NCBI GenBank assembly: GCA_002269645.1
Contig: NIVC01003054.1
Location: 1-64,000 of the forward strand
Reading direction: 5' to 3'
Source: Macrostomum lignano
Lineage: Eukaryota
DNA: 64,000 nt
The notes below the pieces were generated by a model. The model made no database searches. It worked only from the letters and a program-made list of their open reading frames with translations, and was not told where the DNA came from. Positions 62,420 to 64,000 of this stretch are shown here, in pieces (position 1 is the first letter of the stretch; each line of letters opens with the position of its first letter). The position numbers were made by a program, and so were the translations under genes.

Positions 62420-63090
62420 GGAGCTCTGTAGAGATTAGAGACATTGGGAGACCAGAGTGAGATGAGAGAGATTAGAGACATCGGGAGATCAGAGTGAGAG
62501 GAGAGAGATTAGAGTCAGGGATATCAGAATAAGATGAGAGAGATTAGAGACATTGGGAGACCAGAGTGAGAGGAGAGAGATTAGAGACATCGGGAGATCA
62601 GAGTGAGAGGAGAGAGATTAGAGACAGGGATATCAGAGTGAGAGGAGAGGGATTAGAGGCAGGGAGATCAGAGTGAGAGGAGAGAGATTAGAGGCAGGGA
62701 GACCAGAGTGAGGGGGAGTTTAGAGACATTGGGAGATCACAGTGAGAGGAGTGAGATTAGAGACATTGGGAGATCAGAGTGAGAGGAGTGAGATTAGAGA
62801 CATTGGGAGATCAGAGTGAGGGGGGAGATTAGAGACATTGGGAGATCAGAGTGAGGGGGGAGATTAGAGACATTGGGAGATCACAGTGAAAGGAGTGAGA
62901 TTAGAGACATTGGGAGATCAGAGTGAGAGGAGTGAGATTAGAGACATTGGGAGATCAGAGTGAGGGGGGAGATTAGAGACATTGGGAGATCAGAGTGAGG
63001 GGGGAGATTAGAGACATTGGGAGATCACAGTGAAAGGAGTGAGATTAGAGACATTGGGAGATCAGAGTGAGGGGGGAGATTAGAGAGACA
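62420..63090 (+). repeat. 35-37-bp purine-rich minisatellite
   Basis: Unit GATTAGAGACATTGGGAGATCAGAGTGAGAGGAGTGA-like. Confidence 0.93.
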
Positions 63091-63539
63091 TCAGCGCACA
63101 TGTAGTCGACTATTCGTCTCATAAAGACGTTCATTTTCTATAAATGAGTAACTGTGGTTACTCAGGCGTTAATTTGCCTGCCATTGCGTGCAGAACTCAA
63201 AGCCCCCAGCATTTCTTTAGAATCAGCAAGCCATACTCAAAGCGCAGGCAAAATAGAAGGAAAAGATAATGGGCGTCGTGACAGAACAAAGTTTTCATTG
63301 CCTTTGCTTCTGCTGTTGCCGGCCCTCAGCAACTATCTGTGAGCCGCGGAGAGTGCAGCAGCATGCAGTGCTCTGCTGCTGCCTTTCACTCCGCAGAGTT
63401 GAGTAGAATCAGTTTTTTGCATGGCATTATCTGAGAATCAGCTACACGCAAAGCCACACCTCTGTTGTTGCCGGATCTGATAAAGTACTTTGCTGCAAGG
63501 GAGTGGGCCAGGTTGGAGAGTGGGAAAAGAGAGGGCCGG

Positions 63540-64000
63540 GGACAGAGAGAGGAGATAAGAGAGGCAGATATGAGAGGAAGAAAAGAGAGTAGATAAGATA
63601 GGGAGATAAGAGAGGGAGATATGAGAGAGGGAGATAACAGAGGGAGATATGAGAGAGTTAGATATGAGAGAGGGAGATATGAGACAGCGCAGATGTGAGA
63701 GAGGGAGATGTGAGAGAGGGAGATAGCAGAGAGTGCAGATATGAGAGAGGGAGATAACAGAGGGAGATATGAGAGAGTTAGATATGAGAGAGGGAGATAT
63801 GAGAAAGCGCAGATATGAGAGAGGGAGATGTGAGAGAGGGAGATAGGAGAGAGTGCAGATATGAGAGAGGGAGATAACAGAGGGAGATATGAGAGAGTGA
63901 GATAACAGAGGGAGATAACAGAGGGAGATATGAGAGAGTTAGATATGAGAGAGGGAGATATGAGAAAGTGCAGATATGAGAGAGGGAGATATGAGAGAGG
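63540..64000 (+). repeat. GA-rich ~15-bp degenerate array running off the window
   Basis: GAGAGGGAGATATGA variants. Confidence 0.9.

Noticed and set aside
63397-63520. Selenocysteine read-through at TGA 63432-63434 (LHGII*ESATRK)
   Set aside because: No recognisable selenoprotein motif or SECIS, and splice signals favour the opposite strand.

Overview
Eukaryotic (animal) genomic DNA: GC-rich exons, AT-rich intergenic DNA, GT-AG introns. The style resembles the flatworm Macrostomum, but that is inference only. Six genes can be reconstructed by hand with consistent splice phases: a serine palmitoyltransferase small subunit (-), then five consecutive + strand genes FIS1, KIN17, an EML/EMAP protein, a PhzF/PBLD-family isomerase and NPC1. 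The first 13 kb is a transposon graveyard: a dead DD34D mariner with a nested MITE, hAT-Charlie-like MITEs, and dispersed repeats. The dominant unexplained structure is that 17 of 21 introns, plus several gene flanks, hold their own distinct 12-53 bp minisatellite. Some arrays carry transcription-factor motifs (CLEAR/E-box, CCAAT) or splice-site consensus sequences. One array is shared in inverted orientation with a MITE and brackets FIS1 exon 1. NPC1 has an ~80-aa Cys-bracketed insert with a furin-like site in its sterol-binding N-terminal domain, and a possible in-frame exonised minisatellite. All homology calls come from recalled protein motifs, not database searches. Repeat coordinates and copy numbers are approximate.
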